Shown: positions 26,651-41,200, counted from the stretch's first letter. The stretch is DNA of 64,000 bases from Leucoraja ocellata (GCA_036785375.1 JAWMAR010000086.1:7378001-7442000); one strand, 5' to 3'. Notes: a model not told the origin generated them from the letters alone. A program made the numbers and translations.

Positions 26651-27549
26651 GGAAATGAAGGGGGCGAGGACTGTGAAATGGGTGAAATTAAGGGAAGCAG
26701 TGGGGGGAGGGGGAACACATGGAAGTAGGACAAGGGAATGAGAACATATCTATGCAGCAATTGTCCTGGACCTCCTTTCCACGACACCATCACCATGCTC
26801 CGTCAATTCATGTGGTAAAACTACATGCAACAGCCACCCACATCTAAAGAATTTATGCACAAACATTTCTCTTCTCAAAAATTGACTCAGAAATGCAAGT
26901 CAACTGCATTGCCAAAGGAGGGAGGAAGCAGCGTTTATCATTTGAGAGGGGGAAGCATTAAAGAAATTTGGACAAAGTGGATCTGGTTAGGGAATGACAG
27001 ATGGATGTATCTTTGTATAAACTGCAAGGATAAATTAGACTTAGCCCTGTTTTTTTTTTAAAGATACTATAATTACAACTCCAAGAACTAATGTATTCAA
27101 CCACGACAATAACTTTATTTAAAATAATCCAACGGGTCAGTGAATTGCATATTTGTGGATGTATTGGAAATCCTTTCATTGAAGAGAAAAAAAATAAAGT
27201 GCAGCCATTAAGAAAAATGGAGGACAGCCTCTAGCAACTCGTATAACATTAGCGGTTACTTGTCATAACTTCAGTTACCGCAGAGTTCCCAGAATTACAA
27301 GTAGAACTAAAGTCGAGAATACTACCGTAGACTCACATAGAATACAGGATTGCAAACATATGTGAATCTACATTCTAGTGTTTCATTTAATGCACAATGT
27401 GTAAGTGAACCATTGGTCTTTTATATGTGTTAGTTACTTGTTCCCCTTGCCATCTCATGAAATTATTAGCTGAAGACCAAACTAGTGAACTTCAGCTACT
27501 GAATAGTTGTTAGACGCTATTATTGAATATACACCGTTTAACATGGATT

Positions 27550-28020
27550 CTAAAAAGTTTCTCCCTCAAGTAGTTAAGCCCATATCTCTCTACTCCTTTC
27601 CTATTCAAGTACCTGCTCAAATGCCTTTTAAACATTGTAACTGTTTGGCTCTTCCAGTTCCTCTGGCAGCTCGTTCCACAGCTCTCTGTAAGAAAAGGTT
27701 GCTCCCCAGATCTCCTTTACATTTCTCAGCACACCTTCAAACTGTGCACTTTAGTTCTAAATTCTGACTATCTCCTTCATCTCAGCCCCTGATAATTTTA
27801 TAAACCTGTCTTAGGTCTCCGCTCAGCTTCTTCTGCTCCAGGGGCAATAAATGCAGCCTATCCAATCTCTCCTTTTAAGTTAAGTACTCTATTCCAGGCA
27901 ACATCCTGGTGAATTACTTCTGAACTCTTCATAATGTTACCGCATCCATCCTATAGAGGGATATCCAGAACTAACAATACTCTATGTGTAGCCTAACCAA
28001 TGCTTTGTACAGCTAGTGCG
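27550..28020 (-). mobile_element. Degenerate CR1 3' region
   Basis: cctctggcagctcgttcca...tccaggcaacatcctggtgaat...ccagaact aligns by eye to 23160-23550. Confidence 0.75.
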
Positions 28021-28039
28021 GCCTGCCCAACACTTTGTA

Positions 28040-28300
28040 GAGCTTTAGGGTTTAATAAAGCTTTAGATAAGCTGCTGCACAATAAATTACTTTATAAAAG
28101 ATGGCTCTTGGAGATAGGCCAAAACCTAGCTTGGCAGGGCAACGATTGTTATTAATGAGAAGTACTTTGCAAGGAAATCGATCACAAATAGAGTTCCAGA
28201 GGGATTCATGCTGGACAATTGCATTTCACAATTCATCTTTTAGATCCAAATATGTGGATAATGGCTGCAAATTCACAGATGACACCATCTATGACAGAAA
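28040..28300 (+). mobile_element. Degenerate CR1 RT fragment
   Basis: aaagctttagataag (KAFDK-like) and KFTDDT in ORF 28101. Confidence 0.5.
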
Positions 28301-28929
28301 TAAAAACAAACTGATTTATATGCAATGGCGAAAGTGTCAACTTTTGTAAACATAATAAAATGGTGCATCATACACATGGTGCAACCCAATGCCAAGGATA
28401 CAAATAGTGTATTAAAGTGAAGTGTATCAAGTAGGAATGCAAGACCAATGTTTTGCTGATTATTGAGGCAAAGGAAGCATCAGGATAATTCGACAAAAAG
28501 AAAAATCAAAGCTTGATTTTAGTTCACGCGTTGTTATCTGAAACAGCGCACAGTTTTTGTCATTGGAGTTTGTGACATTGAAGCAATGGAAAACTATATC
28601 CAGCTGAAAATCCCTGCCGATCAGAACCAGCATAGACCCTTTCCTGATGATTGCACTGAAATATTCGCAATGATTTGCAATGGGCCTGTGTGTAAAATAA
28701 AACAATTATATAGGAGAGGTGAAAACAGACAGCTATGGAGGTTTCTTCGTACAAAAGCCAGCTAAAGAATATGGACAATTTTTAGTGGATGAGTGCAGGT
28801 TTAGTGGAATAATTCAGTTAAATAATCTACAGAGCATATCTCCCACTGCAGTTAATATCAACGTATACAAGTCAGTTCAGACTTGGAACCATTTTTTATG
28901 GAAAAGTGATCATCTAGAATTTCCTACAA

Positions 28930-29045
28930 CACAGTGGACGGCTTGATTGTACTCATGTCCAGTCTTTTCATTGACTGGATAGCACACAACGAAAAAGCTT
29001 TTTTGGTGTAGCTCTGTACTCATGACAATAATACACTAAACTAAA
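28930..29045 (+). repeat. Rex1/Babar 3' UTR tail fragment
   Basis: gtggacggcttgattgtactcatg...gactggatagcacacaac...tgacaataata matches 20470-20560 and 54900-55000. Confidence 0.75.
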
Positions 29046-30190
29046 TATCTGTTGCTTAAACTACGTCCCTACCCAATCTGTCCATCATCATCATCTACAA
29101 TTTCAGCTGAATTGGATTATATTTGTACAGGAGAATAGACTTCCGAACTGAACACTGAATTTTTCAACTTGAGATAACTTGCTCTCTTGCATTATTAGAA
29201 CAGCCGGCTTTTGCCTCTTGCCATTCCAGCTCATTTTCGATTTTCCTTTTTTGGTTGTATATTCTGGCCTGCTGGGCGTGTTCCACTGGTTTACGATCAG
29301 CAATACAATACAGACCCCAAAAAAAAATCGTTATCTGATTTTAACTGCCATTTCATTGCCACGTTTAAATAGGTCTCACCCTGTCAGAGATGTTCCCTTT
29401 GTTCTACCAAACCCTTCCTTGCTACCTAAATTGAACATGTTTTCACCCTTTCCCAATTCAGATAGAGAATTCCACGCACAAACCATTAACGGATTCTCTT
29501 TCCACAGAAGCTTCCCAACCTTCTGAGTTCTTCTTGCACTTGTTTATGTTTCATTTCACAATCTACAAAGAAAAATGAATGGCTCCTCCACAGAATCAAG
29601 ATATTGATTAAATTATAACAATTGTAAAGATCGTTGGGAGGTTATTTTTTTATGCCAAATATAAAAAACATTGTAATCTCACACAGATATTTTAAGATAT
29701 GTTTCTGTCACTTAGTCCAAAGTTGAAGTGATGAAAAGGCTGACTGCTCCTCCAGTATGCCAAATTTTACACCAGTCACTGAAATATTACTTTCACAGGA
29801 ACAACTGAATGACACTTCATTGTCTTTGAAGGGCTTTGAGCTGATAGGAGGTTCTGAAAGGTCCTCACGTTAAGAGCAGTCATTCTTTTGTTGCTGTCGA
29901 CGATGCCAAGTTTAAATTATTTAACTTTACCATTAAAGATATTGTATCTGAATTTAACGAGTTAATCACTTTCCCTGCGTGTTCCTTGTAGCAAACGTTA
30001 GTTAAATGTTCTCCCAATTCCATGACAATGTTTACAACAGAAGCAGAAAATGAGTAACATCTAATTTGGTTAAACAGGGCTAAGCATTATGATGTGCCAT
30101 ACTTAATGCAGTTAATGCTTTTCAAGTGCTCAGACTGCTGACGTAGATGTTTCATTAAAGTGTGTAACTGTAAAGAGAACATGAGCTCAC

Positions 30191-30318
30191 CTGATACGTG
30201 TCCCATAGCCGGATGGTACACCGCAGGGGAAGCTCCCTCATCAGTAAGTTATTCATCCATCGAAAAGCAAATTGCAGGTATTCAACTTCTGCTTGGTGCA
30301 AGTGTTTGTGTACTTGCT
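30191..30318 (-). CDS. TBC1D22A: TBC1D22 coding exon, 128 nt: (E)QVHKHLHQAEVEYLQFAFRWMNNLLMRELPLRCTIRLWDTYQ
   Basis: Within ORF 30155..30367(-). Acceptor ttccccttgcAG, donor CAG|GTgagc. Contains the LQFAFRWMNNLLMRE..LWDTY motif of Gyp1/TBC1D22. Confidence 0.96.
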
Positions 30319-32563
30319 CTGCAAGGGGAAAAAAAAAACTTATTTTATGGTACTCACTAAAGATCAATTTAAAAATCTGTTACATGTCAAACTACATGTT
30401 AAAATGTAACTTGAAGATGAAGACAAAAACAGAATTATTCTCCAGATTTCAAAAAGAATGAGAATTTATTCCTTTATGTTTCCATTCTTTCTCGCCTTTG
30501 TTGCAATATAGCAATGATCCACTACTACCTAGCCCAAACGAGCATTCATCAAGGAAGAGTCAAGACTGGCTGCCAACAAGCTCTTTCACCATAAAGGCAT
30601 CATATCCATCTGACATTAAGCAATATACACATGCTTTATCTCTTCGATACATCACTGACTAAGGATAAAGAGCAGAAACCCAGATTAATCTTTCTCCTCC
30701 AAAACCAGTAGCAATTAAGCCCGATTTCATTTCCCTTCGACGATGAACTCATTCATCACAGAGCAGATCAAAGGATTTTCTGATCTGTGGGTTAAATACA
30801 CTGGCTGCCACCATTACCCAATAATTCAAGGGAAAATAATCACTCATGTACTTCATGGGTTGCATTTCTGGCTTGCCATACAAACTAAATTACAATATTA
30901 CAATAAACTAAACTTCAACTCGCATAAAAATCCACTCATTGCTTAAATTGGTTTTGCATTGGTGCAGTTTTTTGGTCCAAAAATCTGCAGAGAGCTCCTA
31001 ATACTTTGAATTCAACCATTAAATTCCATCACCTTATTTAAAATTAATACAATGCACATATAATTGAGATGACATTAAAGGATTGTCCACGGACAACATT
31101 TTCTAAATTTGCCCCACAGAAAATTTCTCAAACTATTATTCAAAATGATTGTTAAGTAGGAAATAGAAAAACAGGAACTGGTTCACAGCAACTAATAAGC
31201 TAGTATTAATTCCCCTTAATTATTATACACCCAGCAAGTGACAACAGGCATCTACATCTAAAGATGATGTGGCCAATCATCCCTTGTCTGCAATCTTCTC
31301 GTACGCTGCAATTGATACAAAAAATATCACTGGAATTTCATTTTAAAAATAGTTATTTCTAAGCTTGGTTTAGAAAAGGGAATAAAACTGTTGAAATACC
31401 TTACCCACAGGGGATTAGAGCACTATCAGCACAAAATTAAACTGACTACATAGAGCATGAAATGGTCAGATAATACAAGTTAACAGATTTAGAGAATCTC
31501 AAGTGAATAATTGTTCATCTTTCTTTGTGATCTTTAGTGCTTTGAGTTTTGCTATTAACAGAATCATGGGTATAATTAATTTTAAATCAAACACCTGTAA
31601 TATATGATTATAAACAAATAGAGATAGAATACAAATGTAAACATTGTAAAAATATGGATTTCATCCATAAAATGTAAAATGGAAGACAGATTTGATAATT
31701 AAAAAATATTAGCCAAGCACTTTTGAAATAAACATTTGAAATTTAGACTTGTGGTAATCTCTGAGTAACAGCCGAATTTCAGGAAAGGAATACCCAATTG
31801 CTCCCAAGAAATATGATAAAGAAGCAGAAGAATATCACCCCATACTCAAAACTTTAATTTTCTGTTCCATAAATCCATACATTGACCTTAATCACGTCCC
31901 TACAATGAAGTACCTAACCAAAATGGCTTCCTCAAAATACAAATGTACAAAGCATCAACTAATCGACATTCAGTGTGCGCATATAGGATGCTAGCAACGC
32001 TTTCACAAAACCAAAAGAATTACAGATGTTACATGACTGATGAAGCCGTGGTACAATTGTAGATTGCACACATCAATATTTCAGGCAAGTAGAGTTTTTA
32101 TTCATCGATCGTTCATTTACAGGAAGGAAAAGGCCCAACCACTTTACTGCTGCAATCTACACGTTTTCCAACAATACAAAGCCTGACATTTTTCAAATTC
32201 AGAGACAAGTCCAAGCTAAACTGAACAGGTACATGATCAGTAGCTTCAAACATCATCTTCCCTGCATGATCATCAGTTAACTTCCCAAACCTTGCTTTTG
32301 ATCAGGGTTTGATGGTCACAAGCCTAAAGCATTCCTTCGTTCAGTTTTTTGCACTGCGTACTTTGGTAAAGGCACAACGAACAAGTCCATCATTTTCAAT
32401 TACATCATTCATCCATGGCTCTTATCTTGTGCTCAGTTAATTAACTCTCCCCATCACCTATATTTCCTTGAGATAATATGGACACATTATCACATCCCAA
32501 TATATTTCCACAATATACTTTTATGTGCCCCATGCCTGGCTCTTGTTTTAACTTAGGCTTCTG

Positions 32564-32577
32564 GTTACCATGGCAAC
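32564..32577. promoter_or_regulatory. Candidate RFX X-box (GTTACCATGGCAAC)
   Basis: Matches the GTTNCCATGGNAAC consensus in apparently unique intronic DNA. Function is unproven. Confidence 0.4.
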
Positions 32578-32992
32578 AGCCTCAGAGACTATGTTAGAGC
32601 TATCCCCGTTGCAACTGAGACAATTCTGAAGTAACATCCATTATTTCAAAACACATTAATACACAGACTGCTCTGTAGGTGTAACTTCTAATGATAGTGG
32701 CATTATCATTTGAGTATATTCCTATTTCTAATCCACTTGCTAGCTTGGCTATACAAAACAAATGCAACTTATTAAGTGTAGTAGAACCAGACCTGTCCAC
32801 CATACGCTGCATGGAATAATAGCAAGTTATCTTAACATACAATTTTCCCATATTCATAATTAACTGAGTTCAACACCTTCAACATCACAAGTCCAACATG
32901 ATGCTCATCATACATCAATATTATTAATGTGCAATGTAATGGATGAGTGGGATTACTTTCTGGATTAAAATGTATTTAAACTAGTTGATTTT

Positions 32993-33191
32993 TTGAGATA
33001 CAGTGCGGAAACAGAGCACTATCCTGCACATTAGAGGCAATTTACAAATTTACCGAAGCCAATTAACCCACAAACCTATATATATCTGGAGTATGCAACA
33101 AAACCAGAGGAAACCCAAGAAGAACGTACAAACACTGCACAGACAGCACCCGTAGTCAGGATTGAACCTGGGCCTCTGGCGCTGTAAGGCA
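32993..33191 (-). mobile_element. tRNA-derived V-SINE (HE1-like)
   Basis: The minus strand reads ctgccttacagcgccagaggcccaGGTTCAATCCtgactacgggtgctgtctgtg (Pol III B box plus V domain), with a CR1-like tail tgtttccgcactgtatctc. Confidence 0.8.
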
Positions 33192-33424
33192 GATGTGAAA
33201 ATTGATTGATGTGTATGATGTAGACATGTCATTTCCACTAGATATTCTGCAAATGATGCATCAATTATTCATAGGAGAACAAGCAGCAAAGTAAATACAT
33301 GCAATCTATTCTGATAGTAGCCACTAGACATGAGAGACTGGAATTTCCTATACTAGTACCAAAATCAGAGAATAAGTTCTCTGTTGCAATAAAACGTCAT
33401 CATGGATAAATTCCTGACACAGAT

Positions 33425-33924
33425 CAGGGTCGGGGTACCTTTTCATGTTGGAATGCGGCATTGTTAGCTGTAATCTAATAAGGCTGCATCAAAGAAACTT
33501 CAATTAGATATACTTCAAAATGTACATTATTTTGTAAAAATCTAACTACTATGTATTAACTTTAAGAAAATGAAAAAAAATTGTTAATTCTAAAGTTAAC
33601 TAACCTTTTAATGACTTTGTTGTGCCTGCCTTCTGGAGTCTAGAGTAGCATTAGAACTAAATCATGAGTGTTAACAGTTGTTAAAATAGCCCTCATGACT
33701 TACTAATGTTTTAATTGTGACCATCAGTCGGGGAGGATTATTTCGTTGAATCTTCTTTTACTCTTTGGTATTTAAAATACATTCATTTTAAGATTAAAAT
33801 AAAAAATAATAAAAGACAAATAAAAAGCATATTAATAAAAATAAAAGGATTTGTTCTACAAAATTTGGATTCATTCAAAAGGCCACACTTATTGGCCTAG
33901 AAGGCCGCAGGTTCCCCACCCCTG
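33425..33924. mobile_element. Probable hAT (Charlie-like) non-autonomous element
   Basis: Left end cagggtcggggtacct; the right end reverse-complements to caggggtggggaacct. Right flank ctctagat fits NTCTAGAN, but the left 8-bp flank (acacagat) matches only half. Confidence 0.55.
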
Positions 33925-34139
33925 CTCTAGATGCTTTAAACAGAGGAAAGGGCACGATTGGTTATACAAATATGCAAAGCTAAACTGGTCAGACTCCATC
34001 ATCGTTATTCCTTGAATTAACCATAAATAATTACACTAATGGAATTTCTCCAGATTAAATGGAGTTAATAAACATGATGAACCTTGAACTAGCATGCTGT
34101 GAATTGTAATCAAGACTATAAATGATATAGGATCTAAGG

Positions 34140-34370
34140 GTTAAGTTTTTGTTTTATGCAGAAAGTGGTTGATATCTGGAACTTGCTTGTGAGCAGTGAT
34201 GGAAGAAGGTGCAACTATTATGTTTAAGAGGCACCTAGGCTGACAAATAGGCAAGGGGTAGAAGATTACAGACCAAAAGCGGACACATGCGATTAGTGTA
34301 GATGGGCAACGAGTCAGCATGGGCGTGGTGGGCCAAAGGGCCCATTTAGGTGCCATGTGATTTTGTGTAG
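34140..34370 (+). mobile_element. Degenerate CR1 3' end
   Basis: tgtttaagaggcacctag...gtggtgggccaaagggccc. Confidence 0.65.
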
Positions 34371-35503
34371 ATAAAAAAAATGACAAACTAAAATAAATTT
34401 CTGCTGAAGGCGTAATAAAGAGCAAATACTCTAATAATAAAACTGATATAATGTACGATATTTCTGTCCAACTAGAATTTAAAAAATCTGAACAAATATG
34501 AACATGTACATAGTAATTTAAGAATCAGCTAACATATCTGGCACTTCCAGAATCCATAAAAAAACATGCTTACAAGTTGTCACAATGGCAATCTGAAATC
34601 ACCAGAACAGACATTACTATCTACATAAATCATAAGAGGCAGTAAAACAAGAACATGTACTATAAATAAGTGTTTATTATTAATGGTCATCGGATGCTTT
34701 GAGTCTGAATTATATGATCAAAAATATCCAGGATTTCAGTCTTACTGGTTTTGTGCGGCTGTGAAAATTCTAACATGCCATTTCTGTCACTAAGTGTAAT
34801 TTACTCATCAAGCATCAACATATTCATATTTCAGAGTCATGCATACCAGAACATGCAATAAAAATACTATCTTATTTGGTTTCTAGTCTGGCTGCATTGG
34901 AATAATAAGGTGCTTGGGCAATCATCACGGAAGCACATATGATGATTGTTTTTCTTGACTCAAACAGCAGGCAGGATATTACTCTGAAACTCCTACAGTA
35001 AGACTGAGTGATAGAAATACCTGAAAAAATTAGAACCACTTTAAAAATACACCACGACAAACAGGCATTTTATTTGTAATCGGTGTTCGTTTCAGTGTTC
35101 GTTTTATACAAAATCCTTTCCATCAGATTTAATGGTTTAATACCCATTGTAATTCTGAATAGAGGAGGGCAATTCTTTTTACAGCTGGTGATAATATCAT
35201 TTGGTGCACTGGGAAAAATTATTATGCGCAACACACAGAACATAAGATTGTAATTGCAAGTTAGATTAGAGAAGCCTCAGAGATTTACCAAGCGCTCCAA
35301 GGACTGCATCAGCTGCTGGTGGCACCGTTTGCAGTAAATGGTCTTGTGAACAGCCATACTAAATCTGGGGCATCTGCATCCAGCTGTAGAAGTTGTTAAC
35401 TCAATCTTCGTATGTTTGATAATAACTTCAAATATGAACACATTACAACAGTAACAAAATATCACTAATTCCTCTTTAAATGCCAGTCTTAAACTTGGAG
35501 TAA

Positions 35504-36253
35504 AGGGCCTGTCCCAATTAGGCGACTTTTCAGCAAACTGTCTGCGACCTTCAAGCTCGGGGGCACTCGCCTGAAAAACCGCGAACTGGATCGACCGTCA
35601 GCGCTGAACACATACACACACATTGCAAAGGCGGGGGCCAAGGAAAGCTGGGGAATGCAATCTGAAATTCACACGGTGCAAAGCCAAGGTGATACCCGCG
35701 ATGAACAGGAAGGTTAAAAGAAAGCTAGCACAGTGTACGGGAAGTTCTTTAAAAGAGCGGGTAGGAGGGGAGAAGGGGGAGAAGGGGGGGGGGGGGGAGA
35801 CACTTTTATGAAGATAGACAACTTTTACTAAGCCAGAGATACACAGCTGTGAAGTTTAGTGGGCATTTAACATTACCGGTCGGTTTTCCTTAGTTCTGAA
35901 AACTCGCGCTTACATTTTTTTCCCCCAATGAGCCAATTAAAATGCCCGGTCAGCAAAGGAGATTACCTACGGCTACCCCGACTACCTACAACGACATGGC
36001 GACCCCACTACCACTGCACTATGAGTTCAAAAGTATCGATTTTCTCCATGCCGACCAACTTTTACTCACAGGAAATTTTTCAGCTTGTATTTTTAAGGCT
36101 GCGAGCAGTAACCACTATGCGGGAACTCCTCTCGACCATGAAGGAGACTTACCAGTGACCACCTACGACCATGTGTCGACCATGCTGCGAGCTTGTGGCG
36201 AGCACAAACTCTTCTAAACTCGCAAATAAGGTTGCCATAGTGGGACAGGCCCT
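35504..36253. mobile_element. PIF/Harbinger non-autonomous DNA transposon, 750 bp
   Basis: TIRs agggcctgtccca / tgggacaggccct, with TAA duplicated at 35501-35503 and 36254-36256. Confidence 0.9.
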
Positions 36254-36374
36254 TAAAGCCCACAAGAACATGAACAACCATGGTTCAATCCTAAACTCCA
36301 CTGTTGTCTGCATAGAGTTTGAACATTCTTCAATCAAGGTGCAAGGCAAGAGGTGCTCTGATTTGTTCCTATAT

Positions 36375-36995
36375 CGTCTGGTTGAGTTTATTGTCATCTC
36401 CACGAGCACAGCAAGGCACAGGTACAATTAAAATGTTGCTTGCAACAGCATCACAAGCACATCGACTCAGACACACAAAAACAAATAGCACACATTACTA
36501 AAAGAAAATAGTGCAAAATAAAAACAAGACATTCATGCAAAACAGGGGGAGAAAGTCCATACTGGTGCAAGAGGTGTATTGCAGTGTTCTGTTGTCGAGA
36601 TACGATTAGGGTTGTACAGTCGGTTCAAGAATTTGCCAGTTGTAGGAAAGGAATTGTTCTCAAACGTAGTGGTGTGCTTCTTGAGACTCTGTACCTCCTG
36701 CCCAGTGGCAAAAGTGGGAAGACAGCAAGGCCCAGACAGTGCGGGTCCTTTATGATAGATGTCGCCTTCTTGCAGATGCATTCGATATAGGGGAGGGCTG
36801 TGCCCGTGATGGACTGGACTGAACCTCCCCACTTCCTGCAGCCTTTTGTGCTCCTATGCATTGGAATTGGAATTGCCATACTAGGCCATGGTGCAACCAG
36901 TCAGAATATTTATTATACTACATCCATTTGAGTCTTCAGAGACTGCTGATTCTCTCTAATCTTCGAAGAAAGTGAAAGGCACTTGTGCGACTTCT
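36375..36995 (-). mobile_element. Rex1/Babar LINE 3' fragment
   Basis: ORF 36625..36879(-) reads KKATSIIKDPHCLG..LLPLGRRYR. The reverse tail is tttattgtca. Confidence 0.85.
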
Positions 36996-37484
36996 TCATG
37001 TTTTAAACTTGCAATTTATTTTTGCAATGAATTAATTTAACAATGAACACATTTGAATGAACTTGACAGACTTGTCATATACTTCAGGATATTAACTTGA
37101 ACAAAGTAAACATTGCTGGATAAATTGTGCAAATGCTCTTACATGCATTTCTGTCATAATGTAAATGCAAACCATGGTAAAAATGGTTGAGAAGGAAGAA
37201 AGTGAAAGTGTCAAACAGAAGTGCTAGGAATTAGTAATACCAATGTTAACTGAGGATACCAGTCTTCTATATTGGTAGCTCTGAATCACTATTAATCACA
37301 TTGTTGCATTCCATTTCACTTAAATGATTGAATCTTTTGATTCTAAAAAATATTCAAACGATCTATGTGAATCAATGTTAAAAATTCCATTATTGTATAG
37401 TTCAGATAATTTTAATAAAGATATGGGCACAAGGGAGCCAATTTGAATAATTAAAATAATTAAATTATTAATCCTAGCAAGTCA

Positions 37485-38290
37485 ATAACTCTCTGAAAGT
37501 AGCAACAGAGGTAGATAGGGTGGTAAAGACGTACGGCAAGCTTGCATTCATTGGTTGGATGGTCGAGTATAAAAGTCAAGAAATCCTGTCACAATCGTGT
37601 TAAAATTTGAGCAGGCCACATTCGTGCGCAGTTCTGGTCGCTGCATCACAGTTAAGACATGGTGGCTTTGGCAAGTGTGCAGAAGAGATTTATCAGGATA
37701 CTGCCTGGATTGGAGAGTATGAGATATAAAGAAAAGCTGGCAAACCTGGGTTGTTTTCTCTGCGGTATTCTATGGCTGGAGGGAGACCTGATAAAAGTTA
37801 ATAAAATTATGAGTGAAATAGGTGGTCAGGTTCTTTCTCCCCAGAAATGGAAAATAAATGTCAAATACTAGAGTGCATAGATTCAAGGTGAGAGGGGTAA
37901 CGTTTAGGGAGATGTATGGGGCAAGTACTTCTTAAACACAAAGTGGTAGGAGCCTGGACTGCACTACTGTGGTGGGTCGGAAGCAGATACGATAGTAATG
38001 TTTAAGAGGCATTTAGGCACATGAACTCTTAAAAATAGCGGAGTCAGGGGATATAGGGGGAAGGCAGGAACGGGGTACTGATTGGGGATGATCAGCCATG
38101 ATCACATTGAATGGCGGTGCTGGCTCGAAGGGCCGAATGGCCTACTCCGGCACCTATTGTCTATTGAACTGTCTACGTTCATGGGAATGGAGAGATATGG
38201 ATCAATTACAGACTGATAGAATTGGTTTAAGTTGTCATCATGATCGACATAGACATTATGGACTGAGGGACCTGTTTCTATGCTTGCCTT
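37485..38290 (+). mobile_element. CR1 3' portion with a second CR1-subfamily 3' end nested at about 38035-38170
   Basis: ORF 37659 reads VQKRFIRILPGLE...GDLIKVNKIM. Two different 3' termini: gggccgaatggcctactcc at about 38130 and gactgagggacctgtttc at about 38261. Confidence 0.85.
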
Positions 38291-41200
38291 TTATGTTCCA
38301 GCATCTGCACAGATTGTTTAATTAATTAAATCAGGGAATACAAGGTTCATGGTTCACAAAGCAAGCTCTTTATCACCGTGAATACTCAAAAGGGAGTATT
38401 TATGATGATAGAGGACTTACTTCATATGATTACACCAAGGAGGATGACATTGTGTATACTTGCCTCATGGTTACATGTCTCCAGAACATAGCGTTGACTG
38501 TTATTGGGCTGGAGAGTTTTCCATTATGCAGCATGACCAACTGGAATAGACTTAATTGATCTGTCAGTCTCTGCCACATTTCAGAAATCATTCCAATACA
38601 TAACTACATTTTGCAAACAGATTTGATGGTTCAGATATCCCTTGATTAATGTCCAGACATGTTCCATATTTTGACATTATGAACCAGTCCCGACTTAAAT
38701 GATTAATTGGTCGATAGGTCTGCAAGAATTCTTTCAATTAGATGTTGTTCAACTATGAGTGGTAAATTTACTGAGCCCGTACTTAATCCTTGGCAGCCCG
38801 AGGCAAGGAAAGAGAAATGCAAAGTAGAAGAAAGCCAAAAGCATCATACTCTATGTTCTACATGGGTAACAATAACGAAAATGGCAAAAAGGTGGTCTGT
38901 GGACACAAGTCCTTCTGTGTCCACTGTAACTAGATTTAAGCCAATGTCTTTTCTTTTATGGAGAATGATTATATAAAAACACATGCAATAGCAATTATTC
39001 AGGGAACATTATACAATGACTACATTTGAGGAGGCAGTTAAGGCATGAAATATATAACACAGAGATCAGTTGAATCATTTACAGAACATAGTTCACAACA
39101 GAATGAATCACTGTTGCGTGTTTTTCCAATCTTAGCTGTAGTGCACATTAGGTGGGTAGTTACAGTATTAAAATGCAACATTAATACATTGAATCAATAC
39201 ATATAACTATCTAATATGAAACTAAGTCAACCAATATACAAGATATAGATCAATCTATTTCACCATAACATGTTTTGAACTTTTGATGGCCTCGCAGCAG
39301 TATCATTACTAATTAAAGCACAATGTTTTATGATCACAAATTCCTCAATTGGGTGGCTTAAAAGGAACAAAGGAAAATAATTAAAACTATGTGATGAAAT
39401 CCGAAACAAAACCGTAATGCTGGAAGAACTCAGCCAATCAAGCTGAAGCAATGGAAAGTGAAAACAGTTAATATTTCACGTCTTAAATACTTCAAAAAAT
39501 TAAGGAAGTGTGAAAGCAAATTGGTGTAAGTGGCAAAGTAAACATTCACCTTGTGCTCTTCCACTTAAATTAACTTGCTCTCAGTGCAATTCAAAAAAGA
39601 AGCACTTATTCTCCACTCAAACAATGTCACCATCAATTCAGATTTGGCAGGCGGTAACTAATGGGTAATGAGGCCTTAGAATGCTTCAGTATGTAATCAC
39701 AAGACATGCAGATATTTAGCCAGAATATCATCTGATAGGGAGCCAAGTAAAAACATTGCAGAAAATATACAATTTGTCTTGTGGGCATTTACTGCTCATA
39801 ATTAAATGCCTGGATTAAAAAAAAAATTAAACGAGGATACTTCCACGAAAAAAGATACCCTCTCGTATATTTCAGGTGTTTCACAAGCATTCTCACTGAT
39901 TTCTAGAAATGGAAGTTGAGCATGATTTGCAATCCAGATGGGATTATCATTCCCAAATTTTGCAAGAATTCAACAGATCCAAAAAGTTACTGCTTGCCTA
40001 ATTTTACTTTGAAATCAAATTTCAACCCCTGCAAAATTAAGGATTTCAGAGCATTAGTACTCTTCATCTGACAACTTAGGATAGCATCAGTGCTTCTCCT
40101 TCAGGGTCATACTTTTCATTTTGGCCCTTGGATATAGAAATAAAGCTTCAACACACGGTTTCCTACTTGAAAGCGGCAATTTAAAGATCAGGCTAAAAAG
40201 ATGGACAGTGGTAGCTATGACTAGAATGGATTACAGATATACCAAGATGGAAACATAGATATGACCTTTCTTGAACCCCAGCAGCCACTATCACCTATCT
40301 TATAATATCCTAACAACAAAAGTTTGCTGAAACTCATTATTTGAAAATGATTCTTTCTTAACTGTGCTCAAAGTGGTTCCAAAGATATTTTGTCAGGCTG
40401 GTGCTGGAGAAGTAATTGCTTAAAATTCAAGATGATGCAAATTGAACTAAATGCTCCGTACACTCTAATCATAATTGACAGTTTCAATATGCCAAGTTTA
40501 TTAAAAACTAAGACAATATGCTTGCCAATTCAACTGCATCTAATTTGCTTACCAAATTGACAAAGCTTATTTGGGAGCTATTGGTGAATCTCTATATACC
40601 AATTTTATCTCATTTGATATAAACCCCAGAGCTCGTTTTTTTTTTTTAAATGGTATAAATCTGTGCTGAAGTTACACGATTCTACTAATTTCCAATCCAA
40701 TACCCTTTGCTTCTCTGATTCAATCAAATTATTTTCTAAGTTCTGCATTGATTTATTTTTTGTTCTCACCAAGACGTAATAACTCATTTAATGCACTAAT
40801 AGGCCAAAGGTATGTCCATTTTGTAAGTTTATTAATGTAGTTTTAATTGGTTACAGATCACAACCCAAATTTTGTGCCATTCACAAATTTAATTTGTTTT
40901 GGAGTCCAAATCATTTGCATGAACTATGACCATCAGTGGTTGTAAAACTGATCTTGATGGATCCCTTACACCACCTTCAGCCAGACTGAATAGCTTCTCT
41001 TTGGACTCTAGTTTCTGCAATGAAATTAGCTATTATTCATCCTCTCACCTTGGTCATTTATTCCTTACGAGACACCCTGAAGAACTTTTGGAAATTAAAA
41101 AAGATTACAATTGTAGTTATTTATTCTCAGTTACTTCTTTACCTCCAGGAAAAAAAACAACCTTCCACCACAACCCTCTTTTCTATGAATATGCCAATTC

